Part shown: positions 8,862 to 20,216 of the stretch, piece after piece
How the letters are laid out: each line of letters begins with the position of its first letter
Numbering within the stretch: position 1 is the first letter of the stretch
NCBI GenBank assembly: GCA_965262115.1
Contig: OZ253496.1
Coordinates: 128,001-192,000 of the forward strand
Reading direction: 5' to 3'
Source: Nitrospinales bacterium
GTDB lineage: Bacteria; Nitrospinota; Nitrospinia; Nitrospinales; VA-1
DNA: 64,000 nucleotides
Position numbers and translations under genes: made by a program
The notes under the pieces: generated by a model
The model's input: only the letters and a program-made list of their open reading frames with translations
Database searches by the model: none
Told to the model about the DNA's origin: nothing

Positions 8862-9823
8862 TGAAAGGTAAATGGCTGACAGGAATCGCTTTGGGAATGT
8901 GTTTGAGTATTGCTTCCTGTTCCAATGGTTCGTCCCCTGATGCATTGGATGGCAGTGTTACCATCGTAATTATCAATAATGAAGAAGTTCCTCTGGATCG
9001 GTTCAAGATAGAATTTAAAGCTCATAAGAAGAAATTCTGGATTCAGGGGGCAGGAGAAATTACAGCGGAAGAATTAATCTGGCTCAAAAACAGGACCTTG
9101 GAACAAGTAGTACAAAATACCCTTTTCAGACAGGAAGCTAGAAAAAATAATATCGAAATCAGCCGGGAAGAGCTGGATGAGGCGCTATTGAAATCCGAGG
9201 TAGGATATCCTGAAGACTCATTTAGAAAGCGACTGGAGTTTGAAGGATTGTCCCGTAAAGAATGGGAAAATGCGATAGAAAACAATCTGTTGATAAATAA
9301 ATTGATTAACAATTTTGTCAATAGTAAAGTATCAGTGAGTGATGATGAAATGCTTGGTTATTTTGAGGCCAATGAAGCCAGGTTTCATAAAAGCGAGCAG
9401 GTGAGGGCTCTTCATATTATGGTGGAGACCGAGGAAGAGATCCGTGAAATTCAAAAAGAATTGCAGTCGAAGCAAAAAGATTTCCCTGGTCTGGCCAAAG
9501 AATATTCGCTGGGTCCGGAAGGAGCCCGGGGAGGGGATTTGGGTTATTTCGAGTCCGGTCAAATGCCTGAAGAATTTGATAATGTTTTTAAACTAAAAAT
9601 TAATGGCATTAGTGACATCATTCGCACTCCTTATGGTTTTCATTTGTTCAAAGTTGTAGACAAAATTGAAGATCGAAAAATGAGCTTTGATGAATCAAAA
9701 AAACAGATTGAACAAGTTTTGCTCCAGGGCCTTCAGGATAAGGCTTTCCAGAAATGGATGATCCAGTTAAAAGAAAGCTCAGTGATTGAGATCAACTATG
9801 ATTTCCTTGAAAAAATTAACTGA
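8861..9823 (+). CDS. PpiC/PrsA-type peptidyl-prolyl isomerase, probable lipoprotein
   Basis: Lipobox IASC, SurA-N-like helices, parvulin motifs HIMV, GGDLGYF and TPYGFHL. Start moved to the ATG overlapping the mfd stop. Confidence 0.85.
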   Translation: MKGKWLTGIALGMCLSIASCSNGSSPDALDGSVTIVIINNEEVPLDRFKIEFKAHKKKFWIQGAGEITAEELIWLKNRTLEQVVQNTLFRQEARKNNIEISREELDEALLKSEVGYPEDSFRKRLEFEGLSRKEWENAIENNLLINKLINNFVNSKVSVSDDEMLGYFEANEARFHKSEQVRALHIMVETEEEIREIQKELQSKQKDFPGLAKEYSLGPEGARGGDLGYFESGQMPEEFDNVFKLKINGISDIIRTPYGFHLFKVVDKIEDRKMSFDESKKQIEQVLLQGLQDKAFQKWMIQLKESSVIEINYDFLEKIN

Positions 9824-11072
9824 AGCGGGTTTTGCCTTGGCTTTGGTGTTGGCGCTGGGTCTATTTCCAGCGCATGCCAAGGTGTTTGACAAGGTGGCCG
9901 CGAAAGTGAACACAGAGATCATTACCTTAAGCTCTATTGAAGAGCGGGCTGAAATTTTGCGGCAAAAGTATGCGCGGTCTTCTGTGACTGTTTCTGGGCA
10001 GGAACTGTTGAAAGAAGCGCTTAACATGATTATTAACGAAAGGCTTCAGCTTCAAGAGGGGGAAAAGCTTGGTTTTATCGTTGATGAAGATGCCATTGAT
10101 GCGGCAGTTAAGGATATTTCAGATAAAAATGGTCTTGTGGATGGGCAGTTGCAGGAAATGCTAGAGCGGGATGGGAGGACCCTGAGTTCCTATCGAGATC
10201 ATATTCGTGATCAGATATTGGTTTCAAAAATTACCCGGTTTGCAATTGGTAACCGGGTGAAAGTCAGTGATAAAAACGTTAGTCAGTATTATAAGGAACA
10301 CCAGAAGGATTTTTTGGAAGATGGGCAGGTGCGAGCCCGCCACATCCTTTTTATTGCTGAGCGCGGTTCTCACGAGACAAATAGAAAAGCGAAGTTACAG
10401 CAGGCAAAAAAAGTCCTCAGTGAAATTCGAAAAGGGGCTGACTTTGCCGAGCTTGCCACGAAATATTCGGAAGATGTTTCTGCCAGTGATGGAGGGGACG
10501 CGGGTTTTATTGTGAGAGGTAAAATGGTTCGCGAATTCGAAGAGGCGGTCTTCAGTTTAAAGCCGGGACAGATTAGTGGCGTTGTGGAAACGGAGTATGG
10601 CTACCATATCATCAAGGTCGAGGAGGTTTTGCCTGGTAAAACTTTAGCTTTAAAAGATGCTAAGGATCGTATTACTCAGATTCTTCGTATGCAAAAGCAA
10701 AAACAGGGTTATGACGATTGGATGGAAGAATTAAAAAAGTCAGCTTTTATTGAAGTGAATTTATTTGATGAGTCTGACCAAAATAAGAGCCTGGTTTCAA
10801 GAGGATCATATAAAAAGAAACCCGACAGTACAATGAAGGCAAAAAAGAAACTGAGTTCGGGGGCCGATTCCCGGCAGGAAATGTTGCAGAAAAAATGGGA
10901 GGAAATGTATAAGTCCGTTGAGAAGTTGAACGGCGGCTCCGGCAAATACGAAGATTCAGAGCTTGAATCCCTGGAGGAAAAACTCATACATATTAAAAAA
11001 TTGCGAGATCAAAACAAGATATCTGAAAAGGAATATCAAAAACGCAAAGAAAAAATTTTGAATCGTCTTTAA
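9786..11072 (+). CDS. surA: SurA-like chaperone/PPIase with a C-terminal SHOCT-like tail
   Basis: DKVAAKVNTEIIT, RARHIL, GGDAG, TEYGYHIIK; tail ISEKEYQKRKEKIL. True start possibly 9798. Confidence 0.75.
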   Translation: MRSTMISLKKLTEAGFALALVLALGLFPAHAKVFDKVAAKVNTEIITLSSIEERAEILRQKYARSSVTVSGQELLKEALNMIINERLQLQEGEKLGFIVDEDAIDAAVKDISDKNGLVDGQLQEMLERDGRTLSSYRDHIRDQILVSKITRFAIGNRVKVSDKNVSQYYKEHQKDFLEDGQVRARHILFIAERGSHETNRKAKLQQAKKVLSEIRKGADFAELATKYSEDVSASDGGDAGFIVRGKMVREFEEAVFSLKPGQISGVVETEYGYHIIKVEEVLPGKTLALKDAKDRITQILRMQKQKQGYDDWMEELKKSAFIEVNLFDESDQNKSLVSRGSYKKKPDSTMKAKKKLSSGADSRQEMLQKKWEEMYKSVEKLNGGSGKYEDSELESLEEKLIHIKKLRDQNKISEKEYQKRKEKILNRL

Positions 11073-11227
11073 CTTCCCGGAACCGTTGTTAATTTTGGCT
11101 TGATTTTATTTTTCCACCTCTGCTTTCCTTTTAAGCTCTTTTCCTTTTTTGATTCTGTATTATTAAACGGAAATATCGTTCTATATATTAAGAACCTATC
11201 ATTGAGTATCTTTAAAAGCGGGAGTGA

Positions 11228-12664
11228 ATGGGGAAGGTTTATCTGCTTCGAAAAAAATCCATGCCAGAATTTTTAAAAAAAGTAAAGTCAGCAATTGTTG
11301 AATTGATTGCGCGGGACGACAAGGTTTTAGTGGCTGTTTCCGGCGGGGCCGATTCGCTGGCGTTGCTTTACCTTTTGCACCAGTTCTCCAAAGAACTTGG
11401 CTATGATTTATTTGTCGCACATTTAAACCATTTGACTCGAGGCGAGGAATCTGATGAGGATGCAAGGTTTGTTGAGAAGGAGGCGGGTAAGATTTCCCTT
11501 CCTGTTTTTGTCGGTAAGATAGATGTGGTCGTGGAAAAATCTATTCTGAAATCTTCTTTCCAGGAATCTGCCCGTATTTTAAGGTACCGGTTTTTGGAAA
11601 AAACCCTAATGTCTATTAAAGGGAACAAGATTGCCTTGGGGCACACTGCGGATGACTGCGTTGAAACAGTTTTGATGAACCTGTTGAGGGGGACAGGATT
11701 AAGAGGGCTCGCAGGGATACCGGAAACGAGGGGGCATGTGATACGACCTCTTTTGCACTGTACCCGATCTGAATTAGAGCAGTTTTTAAATGATCGGAAC
11801 ATGGCTTATCGTACGGATTCCTCGAATAACGAAAAAAAATATCTGAGAAATAAAATCCGCCACGAAGTAATTCCTTTTTTAAGGACATTCAATAAGAATA
11901 TTTCTGGGAACCTGTTGAGTCTGGCAGAAATCGCTCGGGGAGAAGAGCAATGGATGTCAGAAAAAACCCGTGAACTCTATTCACAACTTGTGAAAACCGA
12001 GAACGGGGGCCTATGCTTTGAGGTGACCGAATTTGAGAAGCAACCTCAGGCAATGAAAAGGCGGTTGATTCGCGAAACTTTTTATCGACTTACGGGAAGT
12101 TTGCGTGAAATTACAGCTTTGCATGTCTGGCAGGTTCTCGAACTTTTTGCCCGTGCCAGAGTGGGGAGTGGATTAAGACTTCCCGGAAATGTGCGGGTGG
12201 TCTGTGGGTATGGAACGGTGAGCTTTTCTTTGTCCAAAGATTCGAAAGATGATGGCCTTCCTGAAATTGACAGAAAGACGATAAGGTTAGAAGTTCCGGG
12301 TGTGACGAGTTTAGCCCAGTTAGGAATTCAACTGAATGTGCGGCTTGTTGAACCATCTGCAGATTTGCCGCAACCGGTCGATAAAAAACAGGCCTATTTC
12401 GATTTCGATAAGACCGGCGAAGACATTCGGGTTCGGTTTTTCCAGCCGGGCGATCGTTTTATGCCCTTGGGCATGCGGGGACATAAAAAAGTGAAGTCCT
12501 ATTTTATTGACCAAAAGATTCCCCGTGAAAAAAGACTTTCCATCCCCATATTGACAAATGGCAAAGACGATATCATCTGGATGTATGGAGAACGGATCTC
12601 TGAACAATTCTGTGTTGCTGAAAATACGAAAAAGGTGCTTTTTATAGAAGGAAAAGGGCTTTAA
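11228..12664 (+). CDS. tilS: tRNA(Ile)-lysidine synthetase
   Basis: AVSGGADS PP-loop, ARILRY, GHTADD, YLRNKIRH; lies upstream of ftsH. Confidence 0.95.
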   Translation: MGKVYLLRKKSMPEFLKKVKSAIVELIARDDKVLVAVSGGADSLALLYLLHQFSKELGYDLFVAHLNHLTRGEESDEDARFVEKEAGKISLPVFVGKIDVVVEKSILKSSFQESARILRYRFLEKTLMSIKGNKIALGHTADDCVETVLMNLLRGTGLRGLAGIPETRGHVIRPLLHCTRSELEQFLNDRNMAYRTDSSNNEKKYLRNKIRHEVIPFLRTFNKNISGNLLSLAEIARGEEQWMSEKTRELYSQLVKTENGGLCFEVTEFEKQPQAMKRRLIRETFYRLTGSLREITALHVWQVLELFARARVGSGLRLPGNVRVVCGYGTVSFSLSKDSKDDGLPEIDRKTIRLEVPGVTSLAQLGIQLNVRLVEPSADLPQPVDKKQAYFDFDKTGEDIRVRFFQPGDRFMPLGMRGHKKVKSYFIDQKIPREKRLSIPILTNGKDDIIWMYGERISEQFCVAENTKKVLFIEGKGL

Positions 12665-12757
12665 AATGTTGATATTTAAGAAGGCGGCAAAGAGTATTTT
12701 TGTGGTAAGCTTATGGAGACCCACTGTTGGCGAGAATAACTCTGTGAGGAGATAATT

Positions 12758-14686
12758 TTGAATCAATTTTATAAAAACTTAGCACTCTGGTTAGTGATCG
12801 GCATTGTTCTGATTGCTTTATTCAATATATTCAATCAGCCTATAACCCCGCAGTCGGAAGTGGTTTTCAGTGATTTTATGGACCAGGTTGAGCAGGGGCA
12901 AGTCACTGAAGTAATGATTAGTGGTGATAGCATTAGCGGTAAGTATATGGATGGCAAGTCTTTCCAGACCACCGCTCCGCCAAAAGATCCAGATCTCGTC
13001 AAATCGCTCAGGGAGAAAAGTGTTCGTATTGTCGTGGTGCCTCCTGAACAAACAAGCTGGTATATGAGCATTCTTATTTCCTGGTTTCCCATGATTTTAT
13101 TATTGGGAATCTGGATATTTTTCATGCGCCAGATGCAGGCTGGCGGAGGTAAAGCTATGTCATTTGGAAAAAGCCGTGCCCGACTTTTAAATGACACGAA
13201 AAATAAAACCACCTTTAAGGATGTGGCGGGTGTTGATGAGGCAAAAGAAGAGCTTCATGAAATTATTGAGTTTTTAAAGGAGCCCCAGAAGTTCAGCAAG
13301 TTGGGAGGCAAAATTCCTAAAGGGGTATTGCTTGTTGGCCCTCCTGGTACCGGGAAAACTCTTTTGGCTCGGGCCATTTCCGGCGAAGCGAGCGTCCCAT
13401 TTTTCAGCATCAGTGGTTCTGACTTTGTTGAAATGTTTGTCGGGGTTGGCGCGTCACGGGTTCGTGACCTGTTCGAACAAGGCAAAAAGAACAGCCCGTG
13501 TTTGATTTTTATTGATGAAATTGATGCTGTGGGTCGGCATCGTGGTGCCGGTCTAGGCGGCGGCCATGATGAGCGGGAACAGACTCTCAACCAGCTTCTG
13601 GTCGAAATGGATGGTTTCGAAAACAATGAGGGAGTCATCCTCATCGCAGCGACCAACCGTCCTGATGTTCTGGACCCGGCTTTGTTGAGGCCGGGACGAT
13701 TTGATCGGCAGGTCGTGGTCAGTCGTCCTGATATCAAAGGCCGGGACGGAATTTTGAAAGTTCATACCTCTACGGTTCCGCTTGCTGATGAAGTGGACTT
13801 GAAAATCATTGCCAGGGGAACCCCCGGATTTACCGGTGCGGATCTGGCTAACCTCGTTAATGAGGCGGCCTTGTTAGCCGCTCGGAACGATAAGAAAGCC
13901 GTAGATATGGATGACTTTGAGCAAGCCAAAGACAAAGTCCTGATGGGAGTGGAGCGTCGGAGTATGGTTATTTCTGAGAAAGTGAAAAAAACCACAGCCT
14001 ATCATGAAGCGGGGCATGCCCTGGTAGCCTCCCTTTTGCCCGATGCGGATCCTCTCCATAAAGTTACGATCATTCCGAGAGGAAGAGCCTTGGGAGTGAC
14101 CATGCAGTTGCCGATAGATGAGCAGCATACATATCGAAAAAAATACCTCTATAATAGCCTTGCTATCCTGATGGGTGGAAGGTGTGCAGAAGAAATTTGC
14201 CTTGGTGAAATTACCACCGGTGCGGGTAACGATATTGAACGAGCCACAGAAATGGCCCGGAAAATGGTCTGCGAATGGGGGATGAGCGAAAAAATGGGCC
14301 CACTTACTTATGGCTCCAAGGAGGAGCAGGTATTTTTAGGCAAGGACTTTTCATCCCAGAAAAATTTCAGCGACCAAACGGCTAAGTTGATAGATCAGGA
14401 AGTCAAGACGCTGGTTATGGGAGGATATAATTGCGCTACTGAATTACTGAAACAGAACCGCGATATCCTCGAAAACCTGGCTCAGGCTCTGCTGGAAAGA
14501 GAAACCCTGAATGCGGTTGAGGTTAAAAATATTATTGCAGGAAAAAGTGATATTGACCCCGATCCTTCCGGCGTGGAACCACAAGAAATAGAGCCTGAGG
14601 TTCCTGCTGAAAATCCGAAAACTAAAACAGACTCTGAAGAAGAAGGACTCCTGGGCGGCGGCATGCCTGATCCTACGCCTGCCTGA
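12758..14686 (+). CDS. ftsH: ATP-dependent zinc metalloprotease FtsH
   Basis: Two TM helices, [26 protein letters not shown]. Confidence 0.98.
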   Translation: MNQFYKNLALWLVIGIVLIALFNIFNQPITPQSEVVFSDFMDQVEQGQVTEVMISGDSISGKYMDGKSFQTTAPPKDPDLVKSLREKSVRIVVVPPEQTSWYMSILISWFPMILLLGIWIFFMRQMQAGGGKAMSFGKSRARLLNDTKNKTTFKDVAGVDEAKEELHEIIEFLKEPQKFSKLGGKIPKGVLLVGPPGTGKTLLARAISGEASVPFFSISGSDFVEMFVGVGASRVRDLFEQGKKNSPCLIFIDEIDAVGRHRGAGLGGGHDEREQTLNQLLVEMDGFENNEGVILIAATNRPDVLDPALLRPGRFDRQVVVSRPDIKGRDGILKVHTSTVPLADEVDLKIIARGTPGFTGADLANLVNEAALLAARNDKKAVDMDDFEQAKDKVLMGVERRSMVISEKVKKTTAYHEAGHALVASLLPDADPLHKVTIIPRGRALGVTMQLPIDEQHTYRKKYLYNSLAILMGGRCAEEICLGEITTGAGNDIERATEMARKMVCEWGMSEKMGPLTYGSKEEQVFLGKDFSSQKNFSDQTAKLIDQEVKTLVMGGYNCATELLKQNRDILENLAQALLERETLNAVEVKNIIAGKSDIDPDPSGVEPQEIEPEVPAENPKTKTDSEEEGLLGGGMPDPTPA

Positions 14687-14718
14687 TCATTGCTTTAAAT
14701 AATAATTTGTTTCCAACC

Positions 14719-14762
14719 AACTCCACATTTTATCCGGCTTGATGCCGGAATGTGGAGTTTTT
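14719..14762 (+). terminator. Stem-loop after ftsH (putative terminator)
   Basis: AACTCCACATT...AATGTGGAGTT followed by a T run. Confidence 0.55.
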
Positions 14763-14827
14763 GGTTTCTTCTCCTTTGCGCCCCGGAGAGGTATAAAGAG
14801 CCCCGCCTAGTGGGGAGGAACTTCGCT

Positions 14828-15658
14828 ATGATTCCATTCAAGTTTCCTAATCAGGGTGAAGCAGCGTCAGTGATGGGTATTATTAACCTGTCACCCGATT
14901 CATTCTACGGCGAGAGTCGGTGCGAAACCATTGAACAGGCGCTCCGCGTCGCAGAAAAAATAATTGCCGAAGGCGCAGACTTTTTGGATATTGGCGCAGA
15001 AAGCTCGCGACCGGGCTCTGTTCCTATTTCAGAGCAGGAAGAGTTAGACCGTTTGCTTCCTGTGTTGATGAAGCTTGTGGGGATCGTTAATGTTCCGATT
15101 TCGGTAGATACCTATAAACCGGTGGTTGCCCATGAAGTGCTGCAAGCTGGTGCCAGTATCATCAATGATATAACGGGCCTGCAACGGTCTGAGGAAATGG
15201 CTCAAACGATTTCCCGGTTTCATGCGGGAGTGATTTTGATGCATATGCAGGGGTTGCCGACAACCATGCAGGAGAATCCACAATATGCGGATGTGTTGAC
15301 GGAAGTTTCAGAGTATTTACAGCAGAGTATAGCCATTGCTGTTTCCGCCGGAATTGATCCGCAAAAAATCGCCATAGATCCTGGCATAGGATTTGGTAAA
15401 ACAGACTCTCATAATCTTCTAATATTGAAAAATCTAAAGCGGTTAAATGAATTGGGTAAGCCAGTACTTTTGGGGGTTTCAAGAAAGTCCCTGATAGGAA
15501 ATATTTTAAATTTGCCCGTTGAAGAAAGACTGGAAGGTTCACTCTCTGCAACCGTATTCGCGTTGACACAGGGAGCGTCCATAATTCGCACTCATGATGT
15601 TCAGGCCACCCGCCGGGCAGTAAAAGTCGCTGAAGCAATTATGAGGGAAGAAGGATGA
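14828..15658 (+). CDS. folP: Dihydropteroate synthase
   Basis: MGIINLSPDSF, GAESSRPG, IDPGIGFGK, SRKS, IRTHDV. Start moved to ATG 14828 because the upstream part is a hairpin and repeat. Confidence 0.95.
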   Translation: MIPFKFPNQGEAASVMGIINLSPDSFYGESRCETIEQALRVAEKIIAEGADFLDIGAESSRPGSVPISEQEELDRLLPVLMKLVGIVNVPISVDTYKPVVAHEVLQAGASIINDITGLQRSEEMAQTISRFHAGVILMHMQGLPTTMQENPQYADVLTEVSEYLQQSIAIAVSAGIDPQKIAIDPGIGFGKTDSHNLLILKNLKRLNELGKPVLLGVSRKSLIGNILNLPVEERLEGSLSATVFALTQGASIIRTHDVQATRRAVKVAEAIMREEG

Positions 15659-16389
15659 TCCGTTTATTTGTAAATGTGGACCATGTTGCCACCATCCGTG
15701 AAGCCAGAAGGACCATTGAGCCGAGTCCACTCAAAGCGGCCCTGTTGGCAGAAAAGGCCGGAGCTCAGGGAATCACTATCCATTTGCGGGAAGACCGCCG
15801 ACATATTCAGGATGACGATGTGCGAATCATTCGAAAAGGGATTAGCACCCCATTGAACCTGGAAATGGCTCCCACCCAGGAGATGGTTAAACTGGCTTTG
15901 GAGATTCAGCCCTATCAGGTTTCTCTTGTCCCGGAAAAACGTCAAGAAATCACAACGGAGGGAGGTCTTGATGTGTGCTCCCAGGAACAGGTGTTGTCAG
16001 AAATCAGGGAAAAGATGCATGATAGAGGGGTTTTGTTCAGTCTGTTCATTGACCCTGATGCAAAGCAGGTGGACGCTTCAAAAAGAATAAAGGCGGATAG
16101 TATAGAAATTAATACTGGTAAATACACGGAACTTGGATCGGCTGAAGAAATTGAAGCGGAACTGGAACGGATACGGAAAAGTGCTAAAAGGGCCGACGAA
16201 AAGGGGTTGAAAGTTTTTGCCGGGCATGGTTTGAATTACGAGAATGTAAAGGCCATTGCTGCGATCCCCGAAATTGAGGAACTTAATATTGGCCACTTCA
16301 TAGTCGGGCAGGCGGTTTATGGGGGCATGGAAAATGCCGTGACTGAAATGATTCGCTCCATTGAAACGGGTAGGGGGCAGCAAAGTTGA
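15655..16389 (+). CDS. pdxJ: Pyridoxine 5'-phosphate synthase
   Basis: VNVDHVATIR, HLREDRRHI, AGHGL, ELNIGH. Confidence 0.97.
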   Translation: MIRLFVNVDHVATIREARRTIEPSPLKAALLAEKAGAQGITIHLREDRRHIQDDDVRIIRKGISTPLNLEMAPTQEMVKLALEIQPYQVSLVPEKRQEITTEGGLDVCSQEQVLSEIREKMHDRGVLFSLFIDPDAKQVDASKRIKADSIEINTGKYTELGSAEEIEAELERIRKSAKRADEKGLKVFAGHGLNYENVKAIAAIPEIEELNIGHFIVGQAVYGGMENAVTEMIRSIETGRGQQS

Positions 16390-16492
16390 ATTGAATTTTA
16401 TATAGAACTCTTTCAACCTGGGGCAACTGCAAACTGAGGAAAATTCTATTAAGGCCCGATACGAAGAACTTTTAAGCGGATCTGCGGAAACC

Positions 16493-16939
16493 ATGCTTAT
16501 CGATGAGGGTAAAAATGATGATCTAGATTCTGCGGATTCCAGGGAATACCTGATACAGCGGCGGAGAAATTATCTGGAAAGTCTGGACCAAAGTTTTAAG
16601 CGTCTGGATGGAGAATTGTTTTCTATTGAAAAACTTCGCTCTGAACTGGCAAGAGCTCGCGGTGAAATTCTCGTTAAAAAAGATGCAGCCCAGAAGCAAA
16701 TGAAAACTCTGGAAGAGAATGGCGTCCGGCATTTGGAGGATGTTAAGCGAATAGAAATGGAACTCGAATCATCGGTGGATGAAGAGAGGCTTTTGATCAA
16801 TGAGTTTAAGCGTTTGGTGAATGGCGCTGAGAGAACTTTAGAAATCAGTGATGAAATAGACCATATTTTATTCACCTATCTCACCGCAGCCGAATCGAAG
16901 GAAAGATCCCCAAGAAATCCAGTCCCCACGGCAGATTAA
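16493..16939 (+). CDS. Hypothetical coiled-coil protein
   Basis: 148-aa charged helical ORF in operon orientation. Confidence 0.6.
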   Translation: MLIDEGKNDDLDSADSREYLIQRRRNYLESLDQSFKRLDGELFSIEKLRSELARARGEILVKKDAAQKQMKTLEENGVRHLEDVKRIEMELESSVDEERLLINEFKRLVNGAERTLEISDEIDHILFTYLTAAESKERSPRNPVPTAD

Positions 16940-17114
16940 CAACTCCCTGTTTCTGATTTTAAGATTGCCCACAGGTTTGTATTGACTTGAATTTGTAAAT
17001 TTTGCATACTCCCCCTAGTTTCAGAGTAATTGAGTTTTCCTGTTGTTTTGCTACCCTCGACTAGTTTAACTCACACATTTTCAATAAGATTTCTTGAAAG
17101 GCTGTTTAATAAAA

Positions 17115-18119
17115 ATGACAACGAAGGTCGGAATTAATGGGTTTGGGCGCATAGGCAGAGCCGTATTGAAATGCATATTGAATGATCCAGAGTGCTCGGG
17201 TTTTGAAATTGTAGCCATCAATGATTTGACGGATTCCGCTACGTTGGCGCACCTTTTTAAATATGATTCTGTCCAGGGGGTTAGCCCTCAGGAAGTGCAA
17301 TCTGATTCCGAAGGATTGATCATAAACGGGAAGCGTATAAAAATTATCGCTGAACGCGATCCCGGCAATCTTCCATGGAAACAATTAGGGGTGGATATTG
17401 TTATTGAGTCGACAGGATTATTCACCAAACGTGAGGCGGCCAACAAGCATATTGTTGCAGGCGCAAAAAAAGTTATAATCTCAGCACCGGCAAAAGATCC
17501 TGATGTGACCATCGTGTTGGGCGTGAATGAGGGGGCTTATGCTCCTGCTGGTCATCAGATTGTTTCCAATGCTTCCTGCACCACAAACTGCCTGGCTCCC
17601 GTTGCCAAAGTGCTGCATGAAAGTTTTGGTATTAAAAAAGGGTTGATGACAACCATCCATTCGTACACGAATGACCAGAAAATTCTGGATTTGCCTCACT
17701 CAGACCTGAGACGGGCGAGGGCGGCGAACCTCTCGATGATTCCGACTACCACTGGTGCCGCAAAAGCGGTTGAATTGGTATTGCCGGAAATTAAGGGCAA
17801 GCTGGATGGCATGGCGATTCGTGTTCCGACCCCTAATGTGTCTCTGATTGACCTGGTGGTTGAGGTCGAAAAAAATACCAGTACCGAGGAGGTTAATCAG
17901 GCCTTTAAGGAAGCGTCTCAGGGATTTTTGAGTAAAATTATGCGGTTTGAAGAAAAACCCCTGGTGTCTATCGATTTTAATGGCGATTCCTGCTCTGCAA
18001 TCATTGACGGAATTTCCACCAAAGTCATTGAAGGTAATATGGTGAAGGTTTTAGCGTGGTATGACAATGAGTGGGGCTACTCCAACAGGGTTAAAGATCT
18101 TTTGAAGTTTATAGGCTGA
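17115..18119 (+). CDS. gap: Glyceraldehyde-3-phosphate dehydrogenase (type I)
   Basis: [28 protein letters not shown]. Confidence 0.98.
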   Translation: MTTKVGINGFGRIGRAVLKCILNDPECSGFEIVAINDLTDSATLAHLFKYDSVQGVSPQEVQSDSEGLIINGKRIKIIAERDPGNLPWKQLGVDIVIESTGLFTKREAANKHIVAGAKKVIISAPAKDPDVTIVLGVNEGAYAPAGHQIVSNASCTTNCLAPVAKVLHESFGIKKGLMTTIHSYTNDQKILDLPHSDLRRARAANLSMIPTTTGAAKAVELVLPEIKGKLDGMAIRVPTPNVSLIDLVVEVEKNTSTEEVNQAFKEASQGFLSKIMRFEEKPLVSIDFNGDSCSAIIDGISTKVIEGNMVKVLAWYDNEWGYSNRVKDLLKFIG

Positions 18120-18168
18120 TACATCTCGATCTCCGGCTCATTTTTATATTTCCCGTCAGGATAAAAGT

Positions 18169-18930
18169 GTGACAATCCCCCTTATCATCGGCAATTGGAA
18201 AATGAATATGCTGGCCTCCGAGGCCTGTGACATGGCTCGATCTCTCGTGGACAGATTGTCAGTCGCCGAGGGAGTGGAGGTGGTCGTAGCCCCCTCCTTC
18301 ACATCGTTATATCCAGTTAGCCAGATTGCAAAAGACTCGAGACTGGGCCTGGCAGGACAAAATTTTTACTCTGAAAAGAAGGGTGCCTATACCGGAGAAG
18401 TCTCTATTGAAATGTTAAAGGATGTGGGATGTGCTTATGCGTTGATAGGGCATTCAGAAAGGCGCCAGTTGTTCGGCGAAACGGATGAAGAGGTTAACAA
18501 AAAGGTCCACCTTGCTATGCAGATGGGGGTCACCGCCGTGGTTTGCGTCGGAGAGACTCAGGATCAGAGAAAGGCGGGGGAAACTCTTAATGTTATCGAA
18601 ACTCAATTGTCAGGGGGCCTGGCTGGTTTGTCTGGTGAGAGCATAGCCCATCTGGCAATTGCTTATGAACCGGTTTGGGCTATTGGAACGGGGAGCAATG
18701 CCACTCCTGATCAGGCAGTTGATATCCATAAATTTATCAGAAATTTTTTGTTTGAGAACCAGGGTTTCTCTGAGGAGATTGGTGCGAGAATCCTTTACGG
18801 TGGGAGTGTGACTCCCGGAAATTGTAAAGAACTATTGGGCGAAGAAGAAATAGATGGGGCGCTGGTTGGCGGGGCGAGCCTGAATTTTAAGTCATTTTGT
18901 GCTATTATCAAATCCTCCCTTGAATCGTGA
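18169..18930 (+). CDS. tpiA: Triosephosphate isomerase
   Basis: GNWKMN, GHSERR, AYEPVWAIGTG, YGGSV, LVGGASL. Confidence 0.98.
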   Translation: MTIPLIIGNWKMNMLASEACDMARSLVDRLSVAEGVEVVVAPSFTSLYPVSQIAKDSRLGLAGQNFYSEKKGAYTGEVSIEMLKDVGCAYALIGHSERRQLFGETDEEVNKKVHLAMQMGVTAVVCVGETQDQRKAGETLNVIETQLSGGLAGLSGESIAHLAIAYEPVWAIGTGSNATPDQAVDIHKFIRNFLFENQGFSEEIGARILYGGSVTPGNCKELLGEEEIDGALVGGASLNFKSFCAIIKSSLES

Positions 18931-18999
18931 CAGATTTTTCGTCATAATCAAAAATTCTGAATTGATAATCTGTAACGAATTAGTAATTTTAAAATATCA

Positions 19000-19320
19000 A
19001 TGAATACAATAATAACAGTGTTGCATGTGCTTGCGGCTTTTTGTTTGATCCTCACCGTTCTTTTACAGGTGGGCAAGGGCGCCGCAATGGGCTCGGGGCT
19101 TGGTGGGGGTAGTAGCCAAACCATGTTTGGCAGTAGTGGGGCTGGAAATTTTCTTACCAAATTGACAACGGGAATCGCTATTTTGTTTATGGTCACCTCT
19201 CTGACCTTGGCGACCTTTTCTAACAAGAAAAAATCAAACTCTGTAATCCAGGGTATTGAAGCACCTCTTCCTGATAAAGCCACAGAGTCTAGGGACTCAT
19301 CTGATAATTCTTCGAACTAA
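19000..19320 (+). CDS. secG: Preprotein translocase subunit SecG
   Basis: VLLQ-GKG...[14 protein letters not shown]; classic tpiA-secG-tRNA-Leu order. Confidence 0.95.
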   Translation: MNTIITVLHVLAAFCLILTVLLQVGKGAAMGSGLGGGSSQTMFGSSGAGNFLTKLTTGIAILFMVTSLTLATFSNKKKSNSVIQGIEAPLPDKATESRDSSDNSSN

Positions 19321-19331
19321 AACCTCAGGGT

Positions 19332-19416
19332 GCCGATGTGGTGGAACTGGTAGACACGTGCGCTTGAGGGGCGTATGGAGCAATCCGTGGGAGTTCGACT
19401 CTCCCCATCGGCACCA
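19332..19416 (+). tRNA. tRNA-Leu(GAG)
   Basis: GCCGATG/CATCGGC acceptor stem, anticodon loop TT-GAG-GG, long variable arm, GTTCGACTC, encoded CCA. Confidence 0.95.
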
Positions 19417-19462
19417 ATTTTAATTTACCAAGTGCCATGATTTTTTCAAATGATCATTCGTT

Positions 19463-19720
19463 GTGATTATTAAAAAAAGCCTAAAAAATCCATCGTTCCA
19501 AAACCGGATAAATACAAAAATGGCCAGCCAGTTAGCAGAAAAAATCTGCCGAGAGGTTGAAAGAGATTATTTTGTCGATGGTGATAAAAAGCTGCAAGCC
19601 ACGATCAGTATAGGGGGAGCCATTGTCGGCAAGGATGATACGGAATTGAGCTTGTTTGAAAGGGCCGCCATGTATAGAGCCAAAAATAATGGGCGAAACC
19701 AGGTTGTGATGGATTTGTAA
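19463..19720 (+). pseudogene. C-terminal fragment of a GGDEF (diguanylate cyclase) domain
   Basis: AEKICRE...TISIGGA...AMYRAKNNGRNQV, but no GGDEF motif or N-terminal half. Confidence 0.65.
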
Positions 19721-19769
19721 AGTTTTACCCTATTTGTTAGATCTGTTTTTTTGTTGTTCCTCATATTGA

Positions 19770-20126
19770 ATGCCTCCCACCACCTTAGAAGATTTATTCT
19801 CTTCACCCGGCTTCCTGGCCATATTTTTTGCGTTACTTTTAACCATCGCCAATATTACTGTTGGGGTCAGTATGCTTCCCAGCGACAAGCGGGAAAAGAG
19901 ATTCCGCATTCATCGCCTGCTTTTTGGGGCAGTGATTACAAGTTATGCTTTGTTTTTATTCCATCTTTACCAAATTGAGCGAGAGTCTGTTTTTGCCTAT
20001 ATTGTTTTTGGCTACCTCCTTCTAGTTGTTCCATTCACGCGAAGGCTCAACGTGACATTGCATGCTGTTATTGCCTCCATAGGCTTGGTCCTTATTTCCG
20101 TTGTTGCGGTGATTAACTTGATATAG
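19770..20126 (+). CDS. Small hypothetical membrane protein (~4 TM)
   Basis: 118-aa hydrophobic ORF. Confidence 0.7.
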   Translation: MPPTTLEDLFSSPGFLAIFFALLLTIANITVGVSMLPSDKREKRFRIHRLLFGAVITSYALFLFHLYQIERESVFAYIVFGYLLLVVPFTRRLNVTLHAVIASIGLVLISVVAVINLI

Positions 20127-20216
20127 TTAAACCCGGGTGGTGTAAACTTATTGTTATGGACTTTGCGAGTGAAAGATATTTAATAATTTTTCTTCATTTT
20201 TGGTGGGTCTGATTAT

